DNA of 58,959 bases, the filler included. It is 4 parts of 4 records of this genome, joined end to end, with 100 filler letters (N's around TTAATTAATTAA, not from the genome) between each part and the next. Parts side by side here need not be neighbours in the genome. Positions count along the whole stretch, not along the records: positions 12,839 to 42,394 come from DRR723986_8388; 3 more parts are not named here. The stretch is one strand, 5' to 3'. Shown here in pieces: positions 18,544 through 28,502 of this stretch; within the stretch, counting starts at the first letter, position 1, and each line of letters starts with the position of its first letter. The position numbers and the translations under genes are program-made. The notes under the pieces were generated by a model. That model was not told the origin of the DNA, ran no database searches, and was given only the letters and a program-made list of their open reading frames with translations.

Positions 18544-19416
18544 ATGGAAATCCAACGCCGCCATGCCCTTGGCACACTTGCCGCAGCCGGAGCAACCCTG
18601 CTCGGCGGACGCTCCCTCTCGGCCTTTGAGCCTGCTAGCCGAACGACCTCGATGCGGCTTGGATTGGTGACGTATCTTTGGGGAAAAGATATGACACTGC
18701 CCGAATTGTTGAAGAACTGCGAAGAATCAGGGCTGTTGGGTGTTGAGTTGCGGACTGAGCACAAGCATGCAGTTGAACCAGGGCTCGATAAAGCTGAACG
18801 AGCTGATGTGCAAAAGCGATTTGCAGATAGCCCGGTGGAGTTGGTCGGCTACGGTTCCAACTGCGAATATCACAGTCCCGACGCGGCAGAACTGAAGAAG
18901 AACATTGAACTGACAAAGGACTACATTCGCCTCATGCACGACTGCGGTGGCGCGGGAGTGAAGGTAAAGCCGAACACATTGCCGAAGGGACGTTCCGCGC
19001 GGGCATCCATCGAACAAATCGGCAAAGCGCTGAACGAAGTTGCCGCTTACGGCGAGGGCTACGGGCAGAAAATTCGCGTGGAGGTGCATGGAAAGCGGAC
19101 AAGTGAGCTTCCAGTGGTCCGCGACATTTTTGAAGTTGCAGATCATCCCAATGTCTACGTCTGCTGGAATTGCAACGAACAAGATTTACAGGGCGAAGGC
19201 CTGGAAGCGAACTTCGAAATGGTTCGCAAGCGCTTTGGCGACACGGTTCACATTCGCGAGATGAATATCGGCAACTACCCGTACGGCGACCTGATGAATC
19301 TACTTGTCCAGTCGAAGTACGAAGGCTGGATCTTGCTCGAAGCACGGACGAATCCGCCGAACAAGGTCAAGGCGATGATCGAGCAGCGAGAGCTCTTCGA
19401 AGGTTTTACCAAGTAG
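18544..19416 (+). CDS. Sugar phosphate isomerase/epimerase (xylose isomerase-like TIM barrel), probably Tat-exported
   Basis: QRRHAL twin-arginine leader; GVELR, EVHG, TVH, LLE. Confidence 0.82.
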   Translation: MEIQRRHALGTLAAAGATLLGGRSLSAFEPASRTTSMRLGLVTYLWGKDMTLPELLKNCEESGLLGVELRTEHKHAVEPGLDKAERADVQKRFADSPVELVGYGSNCEYHSPDAAELKKNIELTKDYIRLMHDCGGAGVKVKPNTLPKGRSARASIEQIGKALNEVAAYGEGYGQKIRVEVHGKRTSELPVVRDIFEVADHPNVYVCWNCNEQDLQGEGLEANFEMVRKRFGDTVHIREMNIGNYPYGDLMNLLVQSKYEGWILLEARTNPPNKVKAMIEQRELFEGFTK

Positions 19417-19493
19417 CGGCGGTATCTGTTGGCAGCCGGCTGCACGAGCCTAGCTGCGCACAACTGGCAAGCAGTAGTTGCAACTCTTAAACA

Positions 19494-20096
19494 ATGGCGA
19501 ATCACTGCGCAGAGTGCGGTGCCGAGATGGCGTCGCACGCAAAACTCTGCATCAACTGCGGCTACCATATCGAACTTGGCAGAAAGCTCTCCCGCGGGCA
19601 AGTAACCGCCGCTCCCGACGATGATCAATCATCGGCGAGTAGAGACAGTGTGTCTGACGGCAAGACCGCAGCGACAGAACAGGCGCAAGAGCCGGAGTTG
19701 TCGCGACGTTACGAAGCGGGCACAGAAGACAATCCATACGCTCCACCGGCGACCAGTGACGAAGAAACCAAGATTTCTTGGGAGCTTACCGAGTCGGATC
19801 TCCCGAAAGTTCGCAAGGTTGCCGGGAGTGCGATCCCTATCTACATCGCAGTAAGCTTGATGCCGTGCATCTGCTTTCCGCTACCGGCTCTCATGCTACC
19901 GATCAACGTCTTCAGGCTGGTGCAGTGGTGGCAACTTCAACAGCAATTTGAAAATCTTCGCCGGCCCAATTCATTCTCGCCGCACGTTGAGTTGGAGCTT
20001 CGGTTTCAAAAGGCCTTCTGGCAGTACGTAGTCAGCATCTTGCTGGGTATCATCTGGGTGGCAGTGTTTGCCCTGATACAACTGCGAGCGCGCTAG
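19494..20096 (+). CDS. Zinc-ribbon membrane protein with NPYAPP motif
   Basis: CAEC..CINCG; DNPYAPP; two hydrophobic segments. Confidence 0.7.
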   Translation: MANHCAECGAEMASHAKLCINCGYHIELGRKLSRGQVTAAPDDDQSSASRDSVSDGKTAATEQAQEPELSRRYEAGTEDNPYAPPATSDEETKISWELTESDLPKVRKVAGSAIPIYIAVSLMPCICFPLPALMLPINVFRLVQWWQLQQQFENLRRPNSFSPHVELELRFQKAFWQYVVSILLGIIWVAVFALIQLRAR

Positions 20097-20206
20097 CGTG
20101 GCACTTTCCGCCCAGCTAGCGAACGAACAAGGGATTGCTGCTGTGTTACAGCAAAGTTCTGTGTTGATGCAAAGATTTGGACGAGGCAAAGCTCTGTGTG
20201 GCTGTG

Positions 20207-21094
20207 CTAGCTGTCGCTCTTTTCCTTGTCCGACTTCTTTGGCTTATCCGCTGGTTTGTTGGTGACCCTGACGCGCAACTCTTCTAGCTTCTTTAGTTCT
20301 GACGAGACGCTATCACCGTTGAGCGGGTTCTGCGAAACGTCGACTCGAAGAAACTGGGCACTCGTCTTGTACGATTCGGCCATTTCAACGAGCGCGTCCA
20401 AACTGTCAAGCTTGTTACCAGACAGGTTAAGAAGTTTGAGTCGCTTCATCGGTTTGATAAAGTCGACGGACTCGAGTCCGCAGTCTGAAAGGTCCAGCGT
20501 GTCGACCATTTCAAGTCGACGCAACACTGCGGCCGCCTCGATAGGATTGCCGCCTAGGTACAGCGACCACAGCTTTGTTAGTTGCCGCAGCTTTCCAAGC
20601 CGTTCAACTTTGTTGTTGGACAGATACAGCGACCGCATATTGGTCAGCTCGGCCAATGCGTCCAGCTTCTGCACCTTGTTGTTGTCCAGGTTCAAGTACT
20701 GAAGTCGTTTAAGATCCTTCAGCGCTGCAATATCTGAAATTTGATTGTCGGCTAGATCAAGCGACAAGAGATCGGTAAGCCCGGAGAGTTGTGAGATGTC
20801 TTGGATCTCGTTGCCCGACAGGCGGATTTCCTGCACGACGACGCAGTGCTGGATTCCTTCGAGACTCTTGATGCCTCTATCCTCACCGAAGATAACCGCC
20901 ACGTTCTTGACATCTTCCTTCGTGAGTGGTTCATCGTTGTTCCGCTTGTCATAGACCTGCTCCCGGACAGCGCTTTCGAGAGCCTTGTCAGGGAAAATTG
21001 AGTCAGCGGCGGTCGCACCGCGACTGAGGACCAAGAAAAGTGCCGGTGCTAGAGCGAGAAGGCGGGGGATTTGGTGGGTTTTGAGTGACGACAT
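20207..21094 (-). CDS. Internalin-like leucine-rich repeat protein
   Basis: Signal peptide, IFPDKALE cap, repeated LxLxxNxI units of about 22 aa. Confidence 0.88.
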   Translation of the reverse strand: MSSLKTHQIPRLLALAPALFLVLSRGATAADSIFPDKALESAVREQVYDKRNNDEPLTKEDVKNVAVIFGEDRGIKSLEGIQHCVVVQEIRLSGNEIQDISQLSGLTDLLSLDLADNQISDIAALKDLKRLQYLNLDNNKVQKLDALAELTNMRSLYLSNNKVERLGKLRQLTKLWSLYLGGNPIEAAAVLRRLEMVDTLDLSDCGLESVDFIKPMKRLKLLNLSGNKLDSLDALVEMAESYKTSAQFLRVDVSQNPLNGDSVSSELKKLEELRVRVTNKPADKPKKSDKEKSDS

Positions 21095-21389
21095 AACGAC
21101 GGTTCCAGTTGTATCTTGAAGCGATCTACATCGTAAGCAGCACGTGGCATCATCCCTGTTGGGCAAATGCAGTGCGTGGGCGCAACCAATAAGGAGGGTC
21201 ATGCGGGTTGCAGGACCACTTATCGTAATCTCTGTGGGTGGTCAGTGCCAAGCGAACGAGGGCCGTTCGCGTTCCACAAGTCACCAAATTCGCACATATA
21301 CTATTACAGGCCGACAGATGCCCGTTTTCGTGTGCCATACTTGACCAGGTTTGTAACTTTCTCACACTTCCCGCGTGAATTAAAAGCCG

Positions 21390-22013
21390 GTGCGTATCCT
21401 CTTAACAGCATTTGAACCATACGACGACTGGACGGAAAACTCCAGTTGGCTGGCGTTGGTGCGCATGCTCCGACAGCGACCAAGCGGGATAGATTTGGTC
21501 ACTCGCCGTTATCCAGTTGATTTGCAGAAGCTGCAAGACTGCCTCGACAATGATTTGGACGCTGATTTTGATGCCGTTCTGCACACCGGTCAGGCGCCAG
21601 GCAGCACCGCGGTCAAGCTGGAGTCGATCGCTCTGAATGTCGCCGGTGTCGATGGGCACCTTTCCCAGGAGTTGCCTCCCTTGGTCGAAGGGGCTCCACT
21701 AGCGTTCCGGTGCAGTTTGCCGCTTGAGGCTTGTGCTGAGGCGTTGAAAGAGGCAAGCGTGCCAAGCAAGATCAGCTACCATGCCGGCACCTACCTGTGC
21801 AATGCAACCATGTATCTTTCGCATCTCTGGTATGCGCAAAGTGGGCTTGAGTGCCCAGTTGGATTTGTGCACCTGCCGCTCGCATCCGAACAGGTCGCCG
21901 CATCTCGACGCGGCTGGGCTTCGTTGCCGACCGATACGCTTGCCACTGCACTTCAAGTGCTGCTGGAAACGCTGAGCAGATACAACCGACATCAGCCGAT
22001 GCTCTTTACTTGA
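21390..22013 (+). CDS. pcp: Pyroglutamyl-peptidase I (C15)
   Basis: ILLTAFEPY, GQA, LE, AGTYLCN (Cys), FVHLP (His). Confidence 0.9.
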   Translation: MRILLTAFEPYDDWTENSSWLALVRMLRQRPSGIDLVTRRYPVDLQKLQDCLDNDLDADFDAVLHTGQAPGSTAVKLESIALNVAGVDGHLSQELPPLVEGAPLAFRCSLPLEACAEALKEASVPSKISYHAGTYLCNATMYLSHLWYAQSGLECPVGFVHLPLASEQVAASRRGWASLPTDTLATALQVLLETLSRYNRHQPMLFT

Positions 22014-22113
22014 GCTCACGCGCTCACTCTTCAAATACCCCCAGGGCAATCAAAGTTTGAAACTGGCGCGTAGCTACGCCTAGATTCAAACTGTGAAGAC
22101 TTGCGCCGCCAGT

Positions 22114-22767
22114 CTAGGTGACCATCTTGGGTTGCAAGTGGAAGGTTGAATTGAGCGTGTGAAGGACGAAGTGGGATTCTTCAACGCTGATTCGCGAGAT
22201 GGCCGTATTGTAGAGCGGCCCAAGTTGGTGCCCGATGTTTTCCAGGATCGGAAACATTACATCCAACAACCTTCGCTTAAAATCTGCGTGGATAACAAAT
22301 GCATGCGTTCCTGGGCTAAGCTCGTCTCGTATCCAGGCTGCGACGCGCTCGGCTCGCTCCACTGCTTCGTCGTGCAATTCATACGGCTTGCCCCACCAAC
22401 CTTGGTCTGTGATCGTTTCGTGCAGTCGCCACCCAGGAAATTTTGAAGCGATTTCGTGCCGCGTCATTCCATTCTCACCAACCTTCTCGGTTGCATCATG
22501 CCCGGAGTACGGGCCACCTTGCTCACAAAGATCTGGAATGACCGTTGGGGTCAGCCCAGTTGCTTCGGCGACAGGAACGGTTGTTTCGAGCGAGCGGAGA
22601 AACGGGCTGCAGTAGAGATCTGTTAGAGCAGCTTCTTTGGCCCAACTGTGGAGAGCATCCGCTTGCTGGCGTCCAAGCTGGGTCAGCGGTGGGTCTGGCT
22701 GTCGTTCACGATCTGGGCCAGCATTGTTGGAGGACTGACCGTGGCGAATTAGGTAAATCTCCAGCAA
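22114..22767 (-). CDS. Histidine phosphatase (phosphoglycerate mutase-like)
   Basis: LIRHGQS, LTQLG, SPFLRS, H..N. Confidence 0.88.
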   Translation of the reverse strand: MLEIYLIRHGQSSNNAGPDRERQPDPPLTQLGRQQADALHSWAKEAALTDLYCSPFLRSLETTVPVAEATGLTPTVIPDLCEQGGPYSGHDATEKVGENGMTRHEIASKFPGWRLHETITDQGWWGKPYELHDEAVERAERVAAWIRDELSPGTHAFVIHADFKRRLLDVMFPILENIGHQLGPLYNTAISRISVEESHFVLHTLNSTFHLQPKMVT

Positions 22768-23107
22768 TGGTTTAGTCCTATTCCTGAGCTATATGGCTTG
22801 CAAACTACCGATCTTACCAGCGGCACCATCCGTTGAGCAGGTAGGGAGCGATCGTCGCGCTGCGGTCGCACCAGCATAATGCAAGCAATAACGAGGCGAA
22901 TCCAACTGTAAGCGTCCGGTGGATTCTGCTAAAAACCGCAGCGGTGGTTGCTGTTGCGTCGGCCTAAGTCACGCGAGAGCGCCACCACTTGGCCGATCAA
23001 GAAACACTATTTTCGGATTGCTAGCCGTCATGTTGCCTGGGCAAGGATGTCCCGCCGACCAGCTAACAATACCTTGCGACAACAAGGTGCAGGGTGGAGC
23101 GTGCGCC

Positions 23108-26100
23108 ATGAGGTTTCTGGCAAGGATCTTCGTGGTTATCCTTCTTGCAGGTCCTGCGTCGCCGTTGGCTCTCGGCCAGCAAGTCGAATGCGAGCTGCGT
23201 TTCGTTTGGGATTCTGCTAGCCCGGCCGCCATGCAGACCAAACTACGTCTGGGCGAAGGCTTCGTGCGTCCAGTGCGAAACCTCTCGATCTCTCGCCACT
23301 CTATCGGAGCTGTCGAAACCGTATCGCCTCGCGAAATCTTGGTGCATGGAAATGCTCCAAGTGCCTTTGGTGGCTTAGACTTTCATATCACTGCATCCGT
23401 CGACACAGTGATCTTTATCGAGTGCAGCAACACAGACAATCCTGAGCAGTCGTTTGAGCGTCGCATTCAGGTGAAGGACATTATGCACCAGACGTGGATT
23501 GAGCCCATTGAAGAGCTCGGAATGCGGATCGCTCTGGAGCGTCAGGTCGGAGACAAATTGCGGGTTCAGTCAGGCTCGCCGAACGACATCTTTTCACCGG
23601 GTGAAGCTTGGCCCCTTTCCGTAAGTGGCTACCAAACAGGTCTCGCAGCAGGGCTCTACCAGCTTGAGTTCCTTTTCAACGACGAACGACACCACAGTAT
23701 TGAAGTGGCGTTGGACGAAACGGGGTCTTTCTCTGAGAAACCGGTAGAAATCAATGTGCCCGCGGCGCACGGTGGCCACGTACTGGAGTTGCGACTTAGC
23801 CGATCGTCCACGTTCCCATCGTTGCTTTCAAAGGCACCGAGTGTGGTGCGTCGATACGACATCGCTGTCTTCTCCGAACAAACTGCCGCATCAGGAATTG
23901 GCTCTTGGCGAGAGCTGGCCAGCATCGATGCTTTTACTGCCAGCCAGACCGGAACGCTTGCTTGGCTCGCGCCCAAGGAAATTGCACGCTTCATCCCAAC
24001 AGCCGCCGCAGAGTTCGCCACTCGAATCGCGCCGTACAATCCATTAGCCGGGACGCTTACCAAGCCTGACAAGGTTGGAGTGTTCGGCCAGCGGCCTTTA
24101 ACGCTCGACGGACAACAGCGCGACGTGCTCGTGATGGGCCCCAAGAGCTGGCTTGCGATACCCGTCCGGGGACTCTCTCCAAAAGTTCCGCACCGCTTGC
24201 GAATTCGTTACCCCAACGATCAACCACAGCAATTGGCCGTCAGCGTGCGTCGATCGACGGCATCGCCATCCGCTGGTGGCTCGATCAGCGCCGGTGGTCC
24301 TTCGGTTGACTCCGAGTTTGAATTGAAGCAACGGCAGTGCGAACAATCGCCGCAGGTACTGGTGCACGAATCAGTTTTTTGGCCCAAGGGCGACTTGCAG
24401 GACGTGCTTCTCTTAAACGGTAGTAACAGTTCCAACGCATCAGTTCTGAGTGTTGAAATCTCCGCCGCAGAAGTCCTGCCTTTGGCCAGCATTAATACCG
24501 AACAAGGTGACCTGAATCAAAACGAACTGGCCGCCCGCCAGCAAGCCAGCACCAACCAAGCTTCTGCAAGTCGCAGCGTGGCCATCGCATTCGACACTCC
24601 CTACTTGCCGGATGTGTTTGCAGTCGACCGAACGGCCGATCCCGTCATCAATCGACAACACGAAACGTGGAGTACATGGTCAAGCGTCGCAAATCGCCTG
24701 GCCACCGTTACACAAGCCCTCGGGGTGAACTCCGTCTACTTGCCGGCGATCGCTGACGGAGCTGCACTACAGCCATCCGAAATCCTTGAACCGACCAGCG
24801 CGTTCCAGTCGTCTGCCTTTTTCACAGATTCACGCTCACCAGAGCTCAAAGATGCAACCGAGTTCCTACTTCGTCAGTTCGATGTTACTGGTCAGTCCGT
24901 CTACATCGTTCTTGAACTGAACGGGCGGATCCCTGCACTCGAAGCCAAGATCCGCAATACCGAATCGAATCGTTTGCTTCAGAGTCGTGCACTAGACCTT
25001 GCTGAGCCTGACGGTTCCGCAACGAGCGAAACGACCATCCATCAGTACAACCCGCTCTCGAAAGACGTGCGGCACGAATTGCAGCGGGCCATCGTTGAGA
25101 TTGTCCAACGTTATCGGGAACACGCATCCTTCGCAGGCATACAACTACGCCTTACACCTGAATGCCACTTCCTGTTTCGCGGAGCAGGCTGGGGTTACGA
25201 CAAACAATCACTTTGGGACTTCCAAAACGCCGCAGGTGGAAGACTCGATGTAGATCGCCCGGTTGCCGAGCTGTTTGCGAAACCTGCCATGCGACGTAGC
25301 TACTTGCAATGGCGAGCCGAGGCACAAACAGCTTGGCTAAACGAATTGGCGGTCGCCTTGCAGAAAAAAGCCCCTGGCGTTGAGGTTGTAGTCGACTTCA
25401 GCGCGATCGTGGATGGCGGTGGCGCGGGTGGACAGTCTGCGAATCCCAAACGCTCCCTGGCCGTTCCAGCCGCTGAAAGACTCCTGCCGTACGGGTTGTC
25501 GCTTCGCGATTTACAGCAAAGCAAACAGTTAGTGATCGCTGGCAAGTCGGAAGCGCTCGGTGACGCATCCGCCTCCACGCAACCACACCGCGGCGACAGG
25601 CTTCTGATCAAGCATTCAACCCGACTGCGGGTGGCCGAGGGTACGCAAGAAGTTTCATCGCGCGGGCGAATCTATCCCGTCGTGCATGGTGCTGGGCGTC
25701 ACAACTTGCAACCGATTATTGAACAGCTTTACCGACGTGACTGCTCACAAATCATCCTCGAAGGATGGTCGCCAAAGATGGGTAACATTGAAACGCTTTC
25801 GCAGTTTGCGCGAACCTTCGCAACGCTGCCGGCGGAGCCAATGCGAGACTACCAGTCGGGCGCTGCTGACGGCATTCGCGTTCGAATCGGCCGCGCGAAG
25901 AATGCGACCTACATCCAAGTACTGAATAATGCGCCCTGGGAAGAAGAACTGGGGCTGCAGTTTCAAAGCCAAACGCAAGTCCAGGCGCAGATCTTCGGCC
26001 ACGACGATGATGATGTCGCCCCAGTTTCGCATCGCAAGCCGCTGAGCTTAAGCCTACGGCCGTTCGATCTACGTGTGATCAAGATCCCTTCTACGGATGT

Positions 26101-26989
26101 GCGGCTGGTAAACGTGGCGCACCGAACGCCGATGAACAATCTGCAGCGTCTAGACTCAGAGCTATCGGCGCTGCAAAATGTGATCACACGCGCCGGAGAT
26201 CCAACGCACTATACAGAGCTGACTGACTTAGATGGACATTTTGAGGCCTGGGTCGACGCCGACACGCCACACGGATGGGCGGTCTCTTCCTTGCCACAGG
26301 CATCCATTAAACCTTCCGATCGCTTCCCGCGTGCAGGCACACGCTCTGCCATGATTACCAACGCTGGAAGTGGTGCAACATCAGCTTGGATGCAGAGTCG
26401 CCAGTTTCTACCTCCTGCAACCAACCGGATGCTAGTCTCCGCTTGGCTACGATCAGCTCCGTCCAGCCCCCCGATGCACGCACGCGTATCCATCAGCGGT
26501 CGACTCAGCAGTGGGGAACTCTATTCAAGGTCCATTGAGGTCGGCGGAAAATCATCGGCGGGCACGAGAATCCCGATCGATTGGGGACGCCGTCCGGTCC
26601 AGCTCTTTGTCGACGACATTCCCAGCGACGACCTTCAGAGTCTTTTTGTTGCCATTGAGCTAATTGGCCCTGGCAAGTTGTGGGTGGACGACGTGCAAGT
26701 CTTTGAAATGACATTGTTGCCCGGCGAGCAAAACCACTTGCACGGACAGCTTCTCGTGGCTCGCAAGCATCTGCAGGAAGGAAACGCGTTCACAGCCGAA
26801 CAGCTACTGGGCGGCCCCTGGGGTGATTACCTTTCTCAACACACAACACTCTTCTCGGCGGGTTCAACCTCCCGAACCTTGGATGCCAAACCTTCCAGCC
26901 GCGACACGGCGTCCGGCGGCAATTGGAACAACCCAGAGCCAATCCTCAAACGCTGGCGCAACGCGTTTGAAGAACGCTTGAGACGATAG
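23108..26989 (+). CDS. Large exported protein with GHL10-like TIM barrel and CBM-like C-terminal domain
   Basis: Signal peptide from MRFLAR; YNPL..VR..IVEIVQRY..HASFAGIQL; C-terminal LWVDDVQV. Confidence 0.6.
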   Translation: MRFLARIFVVILLAGPASPLALGQQVECELRFVWDSASPAAMQTKLRLGEGFVRPVRNLSISRHSIGAVETVSPREILVHGNAPSAFGGLDFHITASVDTVIFIECSNTDNPEQSFERRIQVKDIMHQTWIEPIEELGMRIALERQVGDKLRVQSGSPNDIFSPGEAWPLSVSGYQTGLAAGLYQLEFLFNDERHHSIEVALDETGSFSEKPVEINVPAAHGGHVLELRLSRSSTFPSLLSKAPSVVRRYDIAVFSEQTAASGIGSWRELASIDAFTASQTGTLAWLAPKEIARFIPTAAAEFATRIAPYNPLAGTLTKPDKVGVFGQRPLTLDGQQRDVLVMGPKSWLAIPVRGLSPKVPHRLRIRYPNDQPQQLAVSVRRSTASPSAGGSISAGGPSVDSEFELKQRQCEQSPQVLVHESVFWPKGDLQDVLLLNGSNSSNASVLSVEISAAEVLPLASINTEQGDLNQNELAARQQASTNQASASRSVAIAFDTPYLPDVFAVDRTADPVINRQHETWSTWSSVANRLATVTQALGVNSVYLPAIADGAALQPSEILEPTSAFQSSAFFTDSRSPELKDATEFLLRQFDVTGQSVYIVLELNGRIPALEAKIRNTESNRLLQSRALDLAEPDGSATSETTIHQYNPLSKDVRHELQRAIVEIVQRYREHASFAGIQLRLTPECHFLFRGAGWGYDKQSLWDFQNAAGGRLDVDRPVAELFAKPAMRRSYLQWRAEAQTAWLNELAVALQKKAPGVEVVVDFSAIVDGGGAGGQSANPKRSLAVPAAERLLPYGLSLRDLQQSKQLVIAGKSEALGDASASTQPHRGDRLLIKHSTRLRVAEGTQEVSSRGRIYPVVHGAGRHNLQPIIEQLYRRDCSQIILEGWSPKMGNIETLSQFARTFATLPAEPMRDYQSGAADGIRVRIGRAKNATYIQVLNNAPWEEELGLQFQSQTQVQAQIFGHDDDDVAPVSHRKPLSLSLRPFDLRVIKIPSTDVRLVNVAHRTPMNNLQRLDSELSALQNVITRAGDPTHYTELTDLDGHFEAWVDADTPHGWAVSSLPQASIKPSDRFPRAGTRSAMITNAGSGATSAWMQSRQFLPPATNRMLVSAWLRSAPSSPPMHARVSISGRLSSGELYSRSIEVGGKSSAGTRIPIDWGRRPVQLFVDDIPSDDLQSLFVAIELIGPGKLWVDDVQVFEMTLLPGEQNHLHGQLLVARKHLQEGNAFTAEQLLGGPWGDYLSQHTTLFSAGSTSRTLDAKPSSRDTASGGNWNNPEPILKRWRNAFEERLRR

Positions 26990-27040
26990 GCACCGGACTA
27001 CTTTCAAACGTTTGCGCCGAGCAAAAGAGCCCAGCCGAAG

Positions 27041-28333
27041 TTACGAAAAGACGCCGTAGATACGATAAACGCTTAGCAACGTCACTCCGAGCACGACGAG
27101 CCAGCCGAGCCCGACGCCAGCGTAACGGAGCGGCGATCCATCTTGTTTGGATTGGTCTGAACCAAGCGCTCGCGTAGCGGCCCACATGAGAGCGGCAGCT
27201 ACGATCGGTAGGAGCATTCCGTTGGCGATCTGTGCAAGCACGATTGCTTGAACCGGTGCTTTGGAAGTTATGACAGCAAACAGGGCTCCGACAGCGATGA
27301 TCCCTATAGCGATCCACCGGAACGCTGGCGCATCTTCAACGCGACCAGCGTTCAGAGGTCCGGCGGTGCCTTGCCCGGTGGCCGGTTGATTCTTCAGGCC
27401 GAGCAGCCCAATGACTGCGTAGGCGGTTGCTAGTGGGGCCGTCAGTGAGCTGGTCATTCCGGCAGCGAATAGCCCCAGCGAAAAAAGCACCGTAGCTGCG
27501 TCGCCTAGCAGTGGTCGGAGCTGCAAGCCGAGCGAGCTGACTGAAATGCTCTCCGCCGAGTTGCCTTGCTGTGCGACGATATTTGCAGAGACGATGATAC
27601 TTCCAGTGACGATGATCCCCAGGGTTATCGACAGGAGCGTATCCCAGAACGACTCACGCAGCGCCGATGGCTGAGGCGAATCTTTCCAACGCGTTGCAGC
27701 GGTACTTGCGTGCAAGAAAAGGTTGTACGGGACAACTGTCGTGCCAACCAATGCGAGCACTAAAGGGTACTCGGACTGGCTAAAATTGGGCTGCGTAAGG
27801 CCCTCGAGCACAGCGTCCAAGCCCGGCCATGACGCAACGGCCGAAGCGATGAATGCAAGACTCATCAACGCAACCAGACCGCCAAGTCCCCAGCGAAGCA
27901 ACTCGATGGGGCCCCGCAACAGCAGCAGGCCGGCAAGCGTCGCGATGCAAAGTGCCCACATGTCGACACGTCCGCCCAACGCTTCCTTCAGCCCGGTTGC
28001 CGCACCCAGGAGGTTCCCTGTCTGATAGGCTGCATTGCCGACTCCGATGGCAGCAATTACCAACGCAATCATCGGCCACAAAAGTGGGCTTCCTGCTAGG
28101 CTCCGGCGCAAGTGCTCGCTCAATCCGCTGCCGCTGCGAATCCCTAGGGAGGCGGCAAAATTCTGTAAAACAACGGCGGCGATTCCTGCAAGAACAATTA
28201 CCCACAGCAGGCTGCATCCAGTTTGCATCCCCGCCTTGCTCGCCGTCACAACGGTCCCTGGCCCAACAAACGCGGCGGTGACCATCAGTCCGGGACCGAA
28301 CCGAAAGCGCGAGCGTTTCTCGTCACCGCCCAT
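27041..28333 (-). CDS. NRAMP-superfamily transporter (YcsG-like, no DPGN motif)
   Basis: GPGLMVTAAFVGPGT, GTTVVPYNLFLH, AQIANGMLLP; about 11 TMs. Confidence 0.85.
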   Translation of the reverse strand: MGGDEKRSRFRFGPGLMVTAAFVGPGTVVTASKAGMQTGCSLLWVIVLAGIAAVVLQNFAASLGIRSGSGLSEHLRRSLAGSPLLWPMIALVIAAIGVGNAAYQTGNLLGAATGLKEALGGRVDMWALCIATLAGLLLLRGPIELLRWGLGGLVALMSLAFIASAVASWPGLDAVLEGLTQPNFSQSEYPLVLALVGTTVVPYNLFLHASTAATRWKDSPQPSALRESFWDTLLSITLGIIVTGSIIVSANIVAQQGNSAESISVSSLGLQLRPLLGDAATVLFSLGLFAAGMTSSLTAPLATAYAVIGLLGLKNQPATGQGTAGPLNAGRVEDAPAFRWIAIGIIAVGALFAVITSKAPVQAIVLAQIANGMLLPIVAAALMWAATRALGSDQSKQDGSPLRYAGVGLGWLVVLGVTLLSVYRIYGVFS

Positions 28334-28502
28334 CTACAACTCCAGTGGAACGTTTGACAGCACAATAAGTAATTCGCAACCAAGAACCCCAGGTCGCGTT
28401 AGGAATACTGTATAAAGTCAGCTCAACGAACTTGCAACACAAGGCTCTCTGCCTTGACACCTGCGGCGCGTCCGCCAATGCCTGAATCCCAAAGCTAATC
28501 CG

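Noticed and set aside
20207-21094. Internalin-like LRR as a virulence factor
   Set aside because: Such LRR proteins are common in free-living planctomycetes and there is no supporting context.
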